Notes under the pieces: model-generated
What the model saw: only the letters and a program-made list of their open reading frames with translations
Told to the model about the DNA's origin: nothing
The model's database searches: none
Translations under genes and position numbers: made by a program
Assembly: GCF_963921235.1 (NCBI RefSeq)
Contig: NC_086108.1
Coordinates: forward strand, 12,338,001-12,402,000
Origin: Mobula hypostoma
Taxonomy: Eukaryota
Direction: 5' to 3'
DNA: 64,000 bases
Shown: one piece after another, positions 10,605 through 22,104 of the stretch
Numbering within the stretch: the stretch's first letter is position 1
How the letters are laid out: each line of letters starts with the position of its first letter

Positions 10605-11905
10605 CACCCAACATGCCCTGGGCCAGTCTGGTAGCCAAACTACCCAGGGCCAACCATGTAGCCAACATAACCAGGGACAATTCTATAGGCAACATATCCA
10701 CGGCCAACTCTGTAGCCAACGTGATCATAGCCAACCCTGTAGCCAATGTGCCCATGGCCAACAGTGTAGCCAACGTGCCAATAACCAACTGTGTAGTCAA
10801 CGTGCCCATGGCCAATTGTGTAGCCAACGTGCCCATGGCTAATCGTGTAGACAACGTGCCCATGGCCAACCGTGTAGCCAACGTAACCAGGGTCAACCAT
10901 GTAGCCAACGTACCCAGGGCCAACTACGTAGACAATGTGCCCATGGCCAACTATGCAGCCAGCATGCCATGGCCAATCCTGTAGCCAACATACCCATGGC
11001 CAACCTTGTAGCCAATGTGCCCTTGGCCAACCCTATAGCAAACATACCCATAGCCAAATGTAGCTAACATACCCAGGGCCAACCCTGTAGCCAATGTACC
11101 CAGGGCTAACCCTGTAGCCAGCATATCCAGGACCAACCCACTAGCTAACATACCCATGGTCAAGCCTGTAGCCAACGTGCCCATGGTGAACCCTGTAGCC
11201 AACGTGCCCACGGTGAACGCTGGAGCCTATGTGCCCATGGCCAACCATGTAGCTAACATACCCAGGGGAAACTGTGTAGCCAACATACCCAAGGCCCACC
11301 CTCTAGCCAACCTAAGCAGGGCCAACAATATAGCCAATATGCCCATGGTCAACCCCGGAGCCAACGTGCCCAGGGCCAACCATGTAGCCAACATATCCAG
11401 GAACGACCCTGTAGCAACATACCCATGGTCAAGCCTGTAGCCAACATGCCCATGGTAAACCCTGGAGCCTACATGCCTATTGCCAACCCTGTAGCCAACA
11501 TATCCAGGGGAAACTCTGCAGCCAATATACTCATGGTCCAACCTCTAGCCAACATGCCCATGGCCAACCTGTGGCCAACGTGGCCAGGGCCAAACATGTA
11601 GCCAATATACCCAGGGCAACCTTGTAGCCAACGTGGCCATGGCCAACCCTCTAGCCAACCTAACCAGGGGCAACTATATAGCCAACCCTGCAGCCAATGT
11701 GCCAATGACCAAACATTTAGCCAATGTGCCCAGGGCCAAACATGTAGCCAACATGCCCAGGGCCAAGCCTGTAGCCAACGTGCCCAGGGCCAACCCTGTA
11801 GCCAACATACCCATGGTCAAGCCTGTAGCCAACAGACCCACGGTCAATCCTGGAGCCAATGGGCCCATAGACAAACACGTAGCTAGCATACCGAGGGCCA
11901 CCCTT
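10605..11905. repeat. 27-bp minisatellite (GCCAACGTGCCCATGGCCAACCCTGTA), left part
   Basis: 9-aa periodicity ANVPMANPV in the translated ORFs; many frameshifting indels. Confidence 0.95.
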
Positions 11906-12879
11906 TGTCATGGTCTGGTCTGTGAAGTCTGCATTCCAGTTCACAGTCTGGTCCATCAATCCATATTCCAGGTTTTTTGGTTTTCCCTTGTTTTCTTGGG
12001 TGCTCTAATTGAGGCACATGATTCTTGTTTGGGCGGGTCTGAAGCCTTGCCTTGCTTTGCCTTGTCTGAAGCCTTGCCTTATCTGTAACCCTCGCCTGCA
12101 CCGTTATCAAGTTCAACTGCTGGAGCAAGATAAGGAACTGTCTATTGTTGTTTTGAACTGTCTCTGTGTCCACACCTTCACTAAGTAGGTCCGGCTGTTT
12201 GCCGCTACCTAGTGTTGGGATCCGTCTTTGTGTCCACGCCTTCGCTAGGTAGGTCCGGCCATTTGCTGCTACCTAGTGTTGGTAACTGTCTTGTAGTGTT
12301 CAGCATTCTGTGTATGAGTCCCGGCCCTACGTCCTGTTCCCAAGGAGGGGTCCCAGTTTGGTGTTCCGTATATGAGTCCCGGCCCTACATCCTGTTCCCA
12401 AGGAGGGTCCCAGCTCTATGTTCCATGTCCCTGTGATCCTGTCTCTCACTCGACCAAGGCTCTACATTCCTGTCTCCCAAGACCAAGTCAAGACTTTGGA
12501 GTCTTGTCCTGTCCTTGTGCCTCGCCCAGCTCAGTCTCATCTAGTCCGAACCACGTCCAAGAACCTCGTCTAGTCCAAGTCCTGTCCAAGTCAAGGCTTT
12601 GTGTTCTCGTCCTGTTCATGTGCCTTATCCACTCCTGTAGCCACATCATGTCCTCGCCTAGATCCGGGGTCTGAGCCCAAATCAAGACCCAGGTTTCGGG
12701 TCCTTGACCAGTCTCTGGCTCGGAGTCCTTGTCCAGGTTCCAAGTTCCTAGTTCTTAGCCCAAGTCTGTGTTCTTGTCCCAGCTCCTATTCTGCATCCAG
12801 TCCCATCCCTAACTCTAGCCCTGTTCCTAGTACTTCAGTGTCAGTGTCTTGCATTTGGGTCTGCCACTAGCTTATGACA
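11906..12879 (+). mobile_element. Solo LTR (Gypsy-like), 974 bp
   Basis: TGTCAT...ATGACA termini; 5-bp TSD ccctt/acctt with 1 mismatch; shares atgagtcccggcccta...caaggaggggtccc and gtgtcttgcatttgggtc with 60107-61338. Confidence 0.85.
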
Positions 12880-13175
12880 ACCTTGTAGTCAATGTGCCCA
12901 TGGCCAATCCTCTAGCCAACTTACTCAAGGCCAACTATATAGCCAATGTGCCCATGGCCAACCCTATAGCCAACGTGCACAGGGCCAACTATATAGCCAA
13001 CATGCCCTTGGACAACCCTGTAGCCAACATATCCACGGCCAATGCTGTAGCCAACATATCCACAGCCAACCCTGTAGCCAATGTACCCATGGTCAACCCT
13101 GGAGCCAACGTGCCCATGGCCAACCTGTAGCCAACATACCCATGGCCAACCCTGTAGCCAATGTGCCCAGGGCCT
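12880..13175. repeat. 27-bp minisatellite, right part
   Basis: The same unit resumes in register after the LTR. Confidence 0.95.
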
Positions 13176-13412
13176 GTGCCCAACTGCACATCACCCACCC
13201 TTTCCCAGTACTCAGTTTACACATTCACACTGCACCCGGACCTGCACCTAACACACCTATGGCCACCCCAAAAGCCCAAACGTCACAGTACAGACTTGAC
13301 CCACTGCCCACAGTGAGTCCAGTAGCTGCCAGGCTGCTGGTGGGAGTGGACCATGCGACTGAATTATATAAAGCAGCATTAGAGTGCTCAACAGCTCCTG
13401 TCACTTCCAGAG

Positions 13413-14226
13413 ACATAAAAACATAGAAGCATAGAAAACCTACAGCACGATACAGACCCTTCGGCCCATAAAGCTGTGCCAAACATGTCCTTACCTTAGA
13501 AATTACCTAGGGTTACCTATAGCGCTCCATTTTTCTGAGCTCCACGTACCTGTCCAGGAATATCTTAAAAGACCCTATCGTATCCGCCTCCACCACTGTT
13601 GCTGGCAGCCCATTCCACGCACTCACCACTCTCTACGTAAAAAACTTACCCCTGACATCTCGTCTGTACCTACTTCCAAGCACCTTAAAACTGTGCCTTC
13701 TTGTGCTAGTCATTTCAGCCCTGGAAAAAGCCTCTGACTATCCACATGATCAATGCCTCTCATCACCTTATACACCTCTATTAGGTCACCTCTCATCCTC
13801 TGTCGTTCCAAGGATAAAAGGCCAAGTTCACTCAACCTATTCTCATAAGGCATGCACCCCAATCCAGGCAACATCCTTATAAATCTCCCTTGCACCATTT
13901 CTATGGTTTCCACATCCTTCCTGTAGTGAGGTAACCAGAACTGAGCACAGTACTCCAAGTAGGGTCTGACCGGGGTCCTATACAGCTGCAATATTACCTC
14001 TCGTTTCCTAAACTCAATCCCACGATTGATGAAGGCCAATGCACCGTATGCTTTCTTAACCACAGCGTCAACCTGCGGAGCAGCTTTGAGTATCCTATGG
14101 ACTCGGACCCCAAGATCCCTCTGATCCTCCACACTGCCAAGAGTCTTGCCATTAATACTATATTCTGCCATCATATTTGACCTACCAAAATGAACCACCT
14201 CACACTTATCTGGGTTGAACTCCATT
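13413..14226 (-). mobile_element. CR1 LINE 3' fragment (same subfamily as the CR1 in the triplicated unit)
   Basis: ORF 13710-14243 MEFNPDKCEVVHFGRSN...LEYCAQFW...RGDLIEVYK; (CATAGAA)n tail. Confidence 0.93.
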
Positions 14227-14434
14227 GGCCCTATAGAATCCATATTCCCTCTTGATGCAGAGACTATACATAACTGTTAAACCTCAGACTGTTGAATATG
14301 TTTACCCTTGTTAACCTGCTCCAATGTTTTCCCCATGTCCTTCTTCCACCTGGAATATCCATGCATTCAGTCACCCAAGCTTGTTTGTAAGTTCCACCAA
14401 CTGTCTTATGACATCTATATTGAGATCACAATAC

Positions 14435-14740
14435 AGGACACAAGAGTCATGAAATACCTTAGCGTAGAAACAGGCATTTCAGCCTTTCTAGTCCGTGTCA
14501 AACCATTAATCTGCCTAGGCCCATTGACCTGCACCTGAACCATAGCCCTCCATATCTCTCCCATCCAAACACCTCGCCAAACTTCTCTTAAAAGTTCAAA
14601 TTAAACCCGCATCCTTCACTTCAGCTGGAAGCTCGTTCCACACCCTCACCATGTTCTGAGTGAAGAAGCTCCCCCTCATGTTCCTCTTGAATATTTCACT
14701 TTTCACACTTAACCCATGACCTCTAGTTGTAGTCTCACCC
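14435..14740 (-). mobile_element. CR1 3' end fragment
   Basis: Homologous to 17995-18365 (agaaacaggc...ctagtc-gtg...ctctagt...gtc-caccca). Confidence 0.75.
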
Positions 14741-15035
14741 AACAGGTTAGCCACCTGCTAAACTGTATGATCTTCCTATTTCTGGCCTCACTAGCATGTG
14801 ACATGGGTAACAGTCCTGAGATCACAACCCTGCTATTACTGTCCTTTTTCTTAGCACTTAACTCCCTGAACTCACTTTGCAGGACCTCGTCACCCGTCCT
14901 ACCCAACCAAGTTGGACTATAACCTCTGGCTGCTCATCCTCCCACTTAAGAATGCTGTGAACTCGATCTGAGCTATTCCTGACCCCGGCACACAGAATGC
15001 AATAAAGCATCCAGGAATCTCATTCACATCCACAG

Positions 15036-15555
15036 AAACACGAGGAATTCTGCAGATGCTGGAAATTCAAGCAACTCACATCAAAGTTGCTGGTGAACGC
15101 AGCAGGCCAGGCAGCATCTGTAGGAACAGGTACAGTCGACGTTTCGGGCCGAGACCCTTCGTCAGGACTAACTGAAGGAAGAGCTAGTAAGAGATTTAGA
15201 AGTGGGAGGGGCAGGGGGAGATCCAAAATGATAGGAGAAGACAGGAGGGGGAGGAATGGAGCCAAGAGCTGGACAGGTGATTGGCAAAGGGGATATGAGA
15301 GGATCGTGGGACAGGAGGTCCGGGGAGAAAGACGAGGGGGGTGGAAACCAGAGGATGGGCAAGGGGTATAGTTAGAGGGACAAGGAGAAAAAGGAGAGAG
15401 AGAGAAAGAATGTGTGTATATAAATAAATAATGGATGGGGTACGAGGGGGAGGTGGGGCATTAGTGGAAGTTAGAGAAGTCAATGTTCATGCCATCAGGT
15501 TGGAGGCTACCCAGACAGAATATAAGGTGTTGTTCCTCCAACCTGAGTGTGGCTT
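15036..15555 (-). mobile_element. Penelope-like element 3' fragment (GIY-YIG C-terminus plus terminal region)
   Basis: Minus strand encodes ATLRLEEQHLIFCLGSLQPDGMNIDFSNFH*, then a pyrimidine-rich UTR, a hammerhead motif and ccagcatctgcagaattcctcgtgt. Confidence 0.85.
15134..15169 (-). ncRNA. Minimal type-I hammerhead ribozyme motif
   Basis: AGUC-CUGACGA-AGGGUCUCGGCCC-GAAAC-GUC-GACU: both core boxes intact, stem I AGUC/GACU, palindromic ACGU in place of stem III. Confidence 0.75.
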
Positions 15556-16022
15556 GAAGCCGGTTACCTTGGGTGTACTGTAACTACCTCTCTATAAATC
15601 CTGTCTATCACCCCTTTAGCCTCCCGAATGATCCGGAGCTCACCCAGTTCCAGCTCCAACTCCTTAAAACAGAGTGTTAGAAGCTGCAGTTGGATACGGT
15701 TCTCGTCAGGGACACTGACGGTCTCTCTGCCTTCCCATGTCCCTCCAGCGTCCTGAACAAGAGAAAATTTGCTGTATCCTGTCTGTCATCCCCACTGCTC
15801 TGAATGTGCAGTAAGAAAAAAGTACAGAATAGATGACAAAAACAAAAATCTACTTATGGCCTTTGCCTCCCCTTGCCAAAGCTTCGATTAGCCAAAGCCT
15901 CAACTCCACACTCCAGCACTGGCCCACTCCACTTAAACTTAGCTTCCTTTTATTCGTCCTCACCAAGTGACTAATCATGTACAATTCAATATCTCCTCAG
16001 GAACTGTGGCAGCAAAATTTGA

Positions 16023-16027
<5 letters not shown>

Positions 16028-16073
<46 letters not shown>

Positions 16074-16089
16074 TCTCTCTCTCTCAATG

Positions 16090-16156
<67 letters not shown>

Positions 16157-16173
16157 ACACGTATATATATATA
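16028..16173. repeat. Compound microsatellite (CT)n(TA)n(CA)n(TA)n
   Basis: Direct reading. Confidence 0.99.
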
Positions 16174-16605
16174 TCCAGTGTCTCTTACAGATACATCCAT
16201 TGTGCAGGCAAGTCATGGGATTATGTATAACCGAGAGTAAACTACGTTCCCTCACTTCACAGCCCTTCAGCAGCTCTCTCTTGGCCCTCAGTTTCACATA
16301 AATCACATCTCTCCTCCCTTCATCTTGAGCTCATTAGGCCGACTTCACAGCCAGTTACTAACATTCAGTCCCCAAGTTCAATGTCATATGCCTCGTCTTA
16401 TTTCGAATGCAGAGATTAAAGTGAGTCAGTACTGGGTTTGCCACCAATCCTTCCTGAAGTCCTCCCTGGACGGCAGCCTTATTGTGCAAGATCTCTGTAC
16501 ACTCTGCATCTCCTGATACAGAGTAACATCAAGCCACAATGGTTTGTCACCCCGCAAAGATTCCATCAGTGTAGTCTCCATCAGCACCACTCTCCAATGC
16601 TCACT

Positions 16606-16950
16606 TTTCAATGGTTTAATGGTTCAATTTAATATCAAAAAATATATACGTATACAACCTGAAGTCCTTACTCTTCACAGATATCCATGAAGCAGTGAGA
16701 AAGAAAACCCAACGAATGAATGACAGGAAAAGTTACAACACCCCAATGCCACCAGCATGCAGAAGCAGCACAAAAGCATCAACCTTCCCCACCACCCACC
16801 ATGCAATAGCAAACACCCCCAGATACCATGATCTAAAGTCAAAATCTACCGTTCATCCCAACACTCTGATATCTTCCACAGGCCCTCTCTCTCACTGAGG
16901 GAGGGGGTGAAGACAGAGATATCACTTATGCCACAGCAATAGTGGAAAAC
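16606..16950 (-). mobile_element. Family A repeat fragment
   Basis: tggttcaatttaatatca...acaacctgaagtccttactcttcacagatatcca is the reverse complement of the family A tail. Confidence 0.7.
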
Positions 16951-17994
16951 AATAGCTCGCTGTTTCAATGTTATAATCTGCAGTGTCGTTTATTCGAGTT
17001 CCTCTGAGTGTTTCTCAAACACTCAGAGAAACTCTCAATAGTATTCTTGTAATGAGATGAGGAGAGACCCATCTCTTGTGCCCACCATGCCTCGCTTCTG
17101 GGCTATGACGTCTGCGGTCCATTGTAATTCTCTCTCCTAAAGGACACCAAGAATCTGAAATCAAATCAACAGAACAGAATTGGATATCAGAGATTTCCTT
17201 TTCATTTAAAATAATGTAAATATTTCAGGAAATATGTCCAGATAGAATATTAATGGCATGGCATAGAGAGCTTGCCTTTTCTAAGTGATGATTGTGATTT
17301 GTGCTTTAGTAAAATTGACAACTTTGGTGTATTACTGATGGAAGTATTTCAGTGATATGAAATCTGTTGGATCGTAAATAGATTTTGGGTTTACACATCA
17401 AGTTATTACCAAGCCAGTTACATTGCCTTATTTTGAACAAAGGCTGCCTTTCTCACTGAACTGACAGCCTTTCAATTTCCTCACACACACACAGTTCTAT
17501 TTATCAGGATATATTTAGATCTCACCCACTGGCTCAGAGATTCGGGAGCTGAGAAGGTTAGGGAAATCTAGCAGAATGTATGAAATCATGAAGGGTTTTG
17601 AAGGGTGGGGAAGGAAAGGCAGGCTCCCTTCATGAGAGGGTCAGTGATCAGAGGCCGCAGACCTAACAGAACTGACAAGGGAATGGGTCCTGAAGCTGTC
17701 ATTTCCGGACTTTAGTCCCTGAAAGGGTAGGGTATCAGGCTGCAGGGGCACATGGAAATTATTTTGTGGCCTATTATTAAAGTTACTGTCTACCGCTGAA
17801 TTGTCTCTGCTATGGTTTTGGATCAAGCCTCTACATTCCCTGACAGACACCTCAGTCACTGGTAATCTCCTCCCTGCATCAAGGCTTTGAAGAATTTTCT
17901 GTTTCAATGAGACCTCTTCTGCACTCTGAGGAACACAGTCCCAGTCTATTCATCGCTCTCCATATGGCAAACACATTCCTCCAGGACCAGTCAT

Positions 17995-18740
17995 AAAGTC
18001 ATAGAAAAGTACAGCACAGAAACAGGCCCTTCAACCCATCTAGTCTGTGCTGAACCATTTAAGCTGTCTACTCCCATCGACCAGCACCAGGACCATAACC
18101 CTTCATACACCTACCATCCATGTACCTATTCAAACTTCTCTTAAATGTTGAAATGAAGCTCACATGCACAAGTTGTGCTCGCGGCTCATTCCACACTCCC
18201 ACCACTCTGAGTGAAGAAGTTTCTCCTCTTGTTCCCCTTAAACTTTTCACCTTTCACCCTTAACCCATGACCTCTAGTTATAGTCCCACCCAACCTCAGT
18301 GGAAAAAGCTTGCTTGCATTTACTCTATCTATACCCCTCATAATTATGTACACCTCCATCAGATCTCCTCTCTATCTACATTCCAAAGAACAAATTCTTA
18401 ACCTATTCAATCTTTCCATATAACTATAATTTTTAGTTGAGTGAATCTTCACTACAGTTTCTCGATGAGGTGTATCCTTTCTGTGATTAGAAGACCAGAA
18501 CTGTGCACGGTGCTCAATATCTGATCCCACCAAAGTACCGGACAATTCCAACAAGACTTCCTCATTTTTGTCTTCCAACCCTCTTATAATGAAGACTGGC
18601 GTAGAATTTGCACTATAAGTGACCTACTCTATTGTATGTTGGTCCTCACTGCCCAATCTCTCAACGCTAACTAAAGCTTCGTCCTTCTGTTCTGTGCATC
18701 CAAGTGGTAAACTTCACTGTTTTCACACCATGTTCCATTT
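17995..18740 (-). mobile_element. CR1 3' fragments (a younger 3' end adjoining older degraded ORF2)
   Basis: catagaaaagtacagcacagaaacaggccc tail; ORF 18372-18578 EVLLELSGTLV...AQFWS...YMERLNRL. Confidence 0.8.
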
Positions 18741-18749
18741 ACTGTGACC

Positions 18750-19335
18750 TCACCTACTCGCTCAGTCTGTCTGTATGCCCGGATCCTCCCACCCCTATAG
18801 TTTGCCTGTACCCCCAGATCCCCCCCACCTACTCAGTATGTTCGTATGTGCCGGATCCTCCCACCCCTATAGTTTGCCTGTACCCTCGGATCCCCCCCAC
18901 CCACACAATCCGACTGTACGTCCTGGATCCTCCCACCCCTATAGTTTGCCTGTACCCCTCAGAAACTCCCACCCATGCAGTCTGTCTGTATGTCCTGGAT
19001 CCTCCCACCCCTATAGTTTGCCTGTACTCCCGGATCCTCCCACCTACACAGTCTGTCTGTACTTCCTGGATTCTCCCACCCCTATAGTTTGCCTGTTCCC
19101 CCAGATCCCCCCATCCACTCAGTCTGTCTGTACGTCCTCGATCCTCCCACACCTATAGCTTGCCTGTACCCCCAGATCCTCCCACCCTCTCAGTCTGACT
19201 GTACGTCCGGGATCCTCCCACCCCTATAGTTTGCCTGTACCCCCAGATCCTCCCACCTACTAGGTCTGTATCCTCCCACCCACACAGTCTGTCTATATCT
19301 CCCGGATCCTCCCACATACTCAGTTTGTCTGTACA
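18750..19335. repeat. ~72-bp minisatellite built from two related ~35-bp subunits
   Basis: ggatcctcccacccctatagtttgcctgtacc repeated; 24-aa periodicity in ORF 18704-19087. Confidence 0.93.
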
Positions 19336-19338
19336 CCT

Positions 19339-20205
19339 TGATTAAGATGGCACTACTGAAGTTCAAAATTTGACTAAAAGCAGTTTTAGTGACACTTTTT
19401 CTGAGGCATATTGTGGTAAACTATCATCACAAACAATGACGAGGTGAGTGAAGGTGAAGCTGTCTTGTGTAATGAGCCACACTGGTGCGATGCAAAGTTG
19501 GAGTGTAATGTGTTGGAGTCACTGGTGTTGGTGCCAATGCTGGAGATGGGGTTGGAGCAAGGGATTTGGAGAGGTGCTGAAGTAGAGGAGTTTTGGTGCC
19601 CATTTACCTAAACCAAGAGCAAGGTTGGATCAGCACCAAGCCAAACTGGAAAGGTCGAGAACGACTTTGTGTCCCATGGCGTGGCCTAGAACTGGAGCAT
19701 ATTGCTGTGGCCGGGCCTGGGTCCCGGTGCACGGCATGACCCAATGTTTGCACAATCTATATGCCAGCCCAGATAGGCTGGAAAGGCAGGATGTCGGGAC
19801 CGGAGGAAATGGTTGGGCCGGTTCGTCTTGCTCTTCCACAATGTTCACTCCTCTCTCCGCGGTGCTGAGGCTGGGAGACTGCTCTGACTGCTACATGCTT
19901 CATGTCTGTGAGCTTCGTGCTGATTTTCCCCAGTGTGTGATGAACTGCAACCGAGGATATGGGCCCACACCAGCTGCTCCGGGAGTCGGGTCTATGGACT
20001 CAATTTGGTTCAGAATGCTGTTGCTTGCATTTATTGTTTGCATGATTTGTTTTTTCTCTTTCTCTTCACATTGGGTGTTGGTCTTTGTTTTAGCAGTTCT
20101 TTCCGGTATCTTGCTTTGTGACTGTCTGTAAACAGGTGAATCTCAAGGCTGTATAATTTATACATACTTTGATAATAAATTTGCTTTGAACTTTGAATTT
20201 TGAAC
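19339..20205 (+). mobile_element. Non-coding element, AAGATGGC start and (TTTGAAC)n tail (related to family B)
   Basis: Starts tgattaagatggcactactgaag; ends gaatctcaaggctgtat...tttgataataaatttgctttgaactttgaattttgaa. Confidence 0.7.
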
Positions 20206-20843
20206 GTAGAAGACTTTCACGCACCCAGTTTGTCTGTACCCCCGGAGCCTTTTTATATCCTTCCTTAAACACACAGCCAAACCCAGTTCTGTATCAGCAG
20301 CAAACTTTGCAAACTCCACCACCTCGCAGACTATGAATAGTTGGGGCCCAACCGGTTAGCACGACACTATTACAGCATGGAGTGTCAGCGAGCAGGCCAG
20401 ATAGATTCACAAGGATGTGGCCGGGTCTTTGGGGACTGAGACACAGGAGGAGGCTGGACTGGCTACTACTTTTTTCCTTAGATAATAGGAGACTAAGAGG
20501 TGACTGCAGGGAGGTAACTAAAATCATGTGTGGAATAGATAGGGTGAAGGCACTCAGTCTTTTCCCCAGAGCTGGGGCATCATGAACTAGAGAGCATGGG
20601 TTTAAGGTGAGAGGATAAATATTTAAGAGGAACCTGAGGGGCACTTTTTTTATACAGATGTTGGTATCTATGTGGAATCAGCCACCAGAGTTATCTCTTC
20701 ACTGTTGGGCAGGTGTATTGATTCGAAAGGTTTAGCAGGTTTGGGGCCAAACACTGGCAAAAAGGGACTAGTTTACATGAGCAACACACATCAAAGTTTC
20801 TGGTGAACGCAGCAGGCCAGGCAGCACCTCTAGGAAGAGGTAC

Positions 20844-20879
20844 AGTCGACGTTTCAGGCCGAGACCCTTCGTCAGGACT
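20844..20879 (-). ncRNA. Minimal type-I hammerhead ribozyme motif (core intact)
   Basis: AGUC-CUGACGA-AGGGUCUCGGCCU-GAAAC-GUC-GACU. Confidence 0.72.
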
Positions 20880-20926
20880 AACTGAAAGAAGTTAGTCCTT
20901 ATTGCACATTGTTACTACTTTCAGTT

Positions 20927-20962
20927 AGTCCTGACAAAGGGTCTCGGCCCAAAACGTCAACT
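20927..20962 (+). pseudogene. Degenerate hammerhead motif
   Basis: AGUC-CUGACAA-AGGGUCUCGGCCC-AAAAC-GUC-AACU: two core Gs changed to A at CpG sites. Confidence 0.6.
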
Positions 20963-21254
20963 GTACTTCTTCCTACAGATGCTGCCTGGCCTGCTGCGTT
21001 CACCAGCAACTTTGAAGTGTGTTGCTTGAATTTCCAGCATCTGCAGAATTCCTCGTGCTAGTTTAGATGAGGCATCTTGGTCTGAAGGTGCTGCTTTCTT
21101 ACAGCATGATTTTCTCACTCTGTGATTTGGGTCAGACAACAACCATTTGGTTCTGTTCAAACCATTTATCTTCCCATGGTGTTTATTATTATGTCCTTCG
21201 CCAGACATTCATTCCATCGACTATTGAGATCAAGTGAACAGCCAATGGTTTCAC

Positions 21255-21472
21255 AGTACAAAGTCCAAAGTAAGTTTATTATCAAAGTACACATACGTCA
21301 CCATATAAAACACTGCGAATCATTTTCTTGTGGGCAAGCACGGTAAATACAAGAAGCACAATAGAATCAATGAAAGACCGCACCCAAGAGGATGAACAAA
21401 CAACCAATGTGCAAAAAGACACAACAAACTGTATAAATACAAAAAGAAAGACAAAAAACCCAATAATAATAA
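21255..21472 (-). mobile_element. Rex1-like 3' tail fragment ending in (TAA)n
   Basis: aaagtccaaagtaagtttattatcaaagtac...agaatcaatgaaagac...caaactgtataaatac is the reverse complement of the tail seen at 5930-6095. Confidence 0.7.
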
Positions 21473-21502
21473 TTACTTTTTTTGTCTAATTTTGTATAAG
21501 TC

Positions 21503-22085
21503 AAATGCTTTTTGAAAATCCTCACTAATTTTTATAGATGCACTGTAGAAAGCATTCTTCCAGGGTGCATCACAACCTGGTATGGAAGTTGTCCTGTCCA
21601 AGACCGAAAGAAGCTGCAGAAGATCATGAACATGGCGCAGCACATCACACAAACCAATCTCCTGTCCTTGGACTTACTTTACACCACACACTGTCGGAGC
21701 AGGGCTGCCAGGATAATCAAGGACACCGACCCACCCAGCCAACACACTTTTCGTCCCTCTTCCCTCCAGGAGAAGGCTCAGGAGCTTGAAGACCTTTATG
21801 GCCAGATTTGGGAACAGCTTCTTTCCATCTGTGATAAGACTGCTGAACAGACCCTGACCCGGGTCTGGGCCGTACCCTCCAGATATTCGGACCTGCATCT
21901 CGGTTTTTTTTGCACTACCTTACTTTCCATTTTTCTATTTTCTATTTATGATTTATAATTTAAATTTTTAATATGTACTATCGATTTGTAATCCAGGGAG
22001 CGGGGAGCGCAGAATCAAATATCGCTGTGATGATTGTACGTTCTAGTATCAATTGTTTGGCGACAATAAAGTATAAAGTATAAAA
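21503..22085 (+). mobile_element. Rex1/Babar-like LINE 3' fragment
   Basis: ORF 21512-21958 ILTNFYRCTVESILPGCITTWYGSC...DRKKLQKI; tail aataaagtataaagtataaa. Confidence 0.88.
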
Positions 22086-22104
22086 AGTAGTCATAATAAT
22101 AATT

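Larger units (their letters stand above)
14741..15965 (-). pseudogene. Degraded CR1 5' UTR and ORF1 (SGNH esterase), split by a Penelope-like fragment
   Basis: ORF 14709-14906 DEVLQSEFRELS...RVVISGLLP...RNRKI is homologous to the ORF1 at 39191-40058; sequence resumes at 15556. Confidence 0.7.
20781..21057. mobile_element. Inverted pair of Penelope-like termini (~108-bp arms, 29-bp spacer)
   Basis: 20781-20888 is the reverse complement of 20918-21025; flanking direct repeat CTAGTTTA(C/G)ATGAG at 20768-20781 and 21058-21071. Confidence 0.88.
20385..21125 (+). mobile_element. Old CR1 3' fragment interrupted by an inverted Penelope-like pair
   Basis: ORF 20382-20585 RFTRMWPGL...RRLRGDCREVTKIM; 3' UTR continues after 21058. 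Confidence 0.75.

Noticed and set aside
10493..13426. ANVPMANPV repeat ORFs resembling antifreeze or ice-nucleation proteins
   Set aside because: The 27-bp unit is open on both strands by construction; frequent frameshifts and an LTR insertion; no non-repetitive domain
16355..16426. Possible exon (TACTAAC, cag, gtgagt)
   Set aside because: Branch point only ~6 nt from the AG with no pyrimidine tract; peptide not recognisable
17229..17288. Possible terminal exon EICPDRILMAWHRELAFSK*
   Set aside because: Acceptor has a weak pyrimidine tract; short open frame expected by chance; no homology recognised
18704..19158. Pro/Cys-rich repeat ORFs
   Set aside because: Translation of the 72-bp minisatellite in several frames
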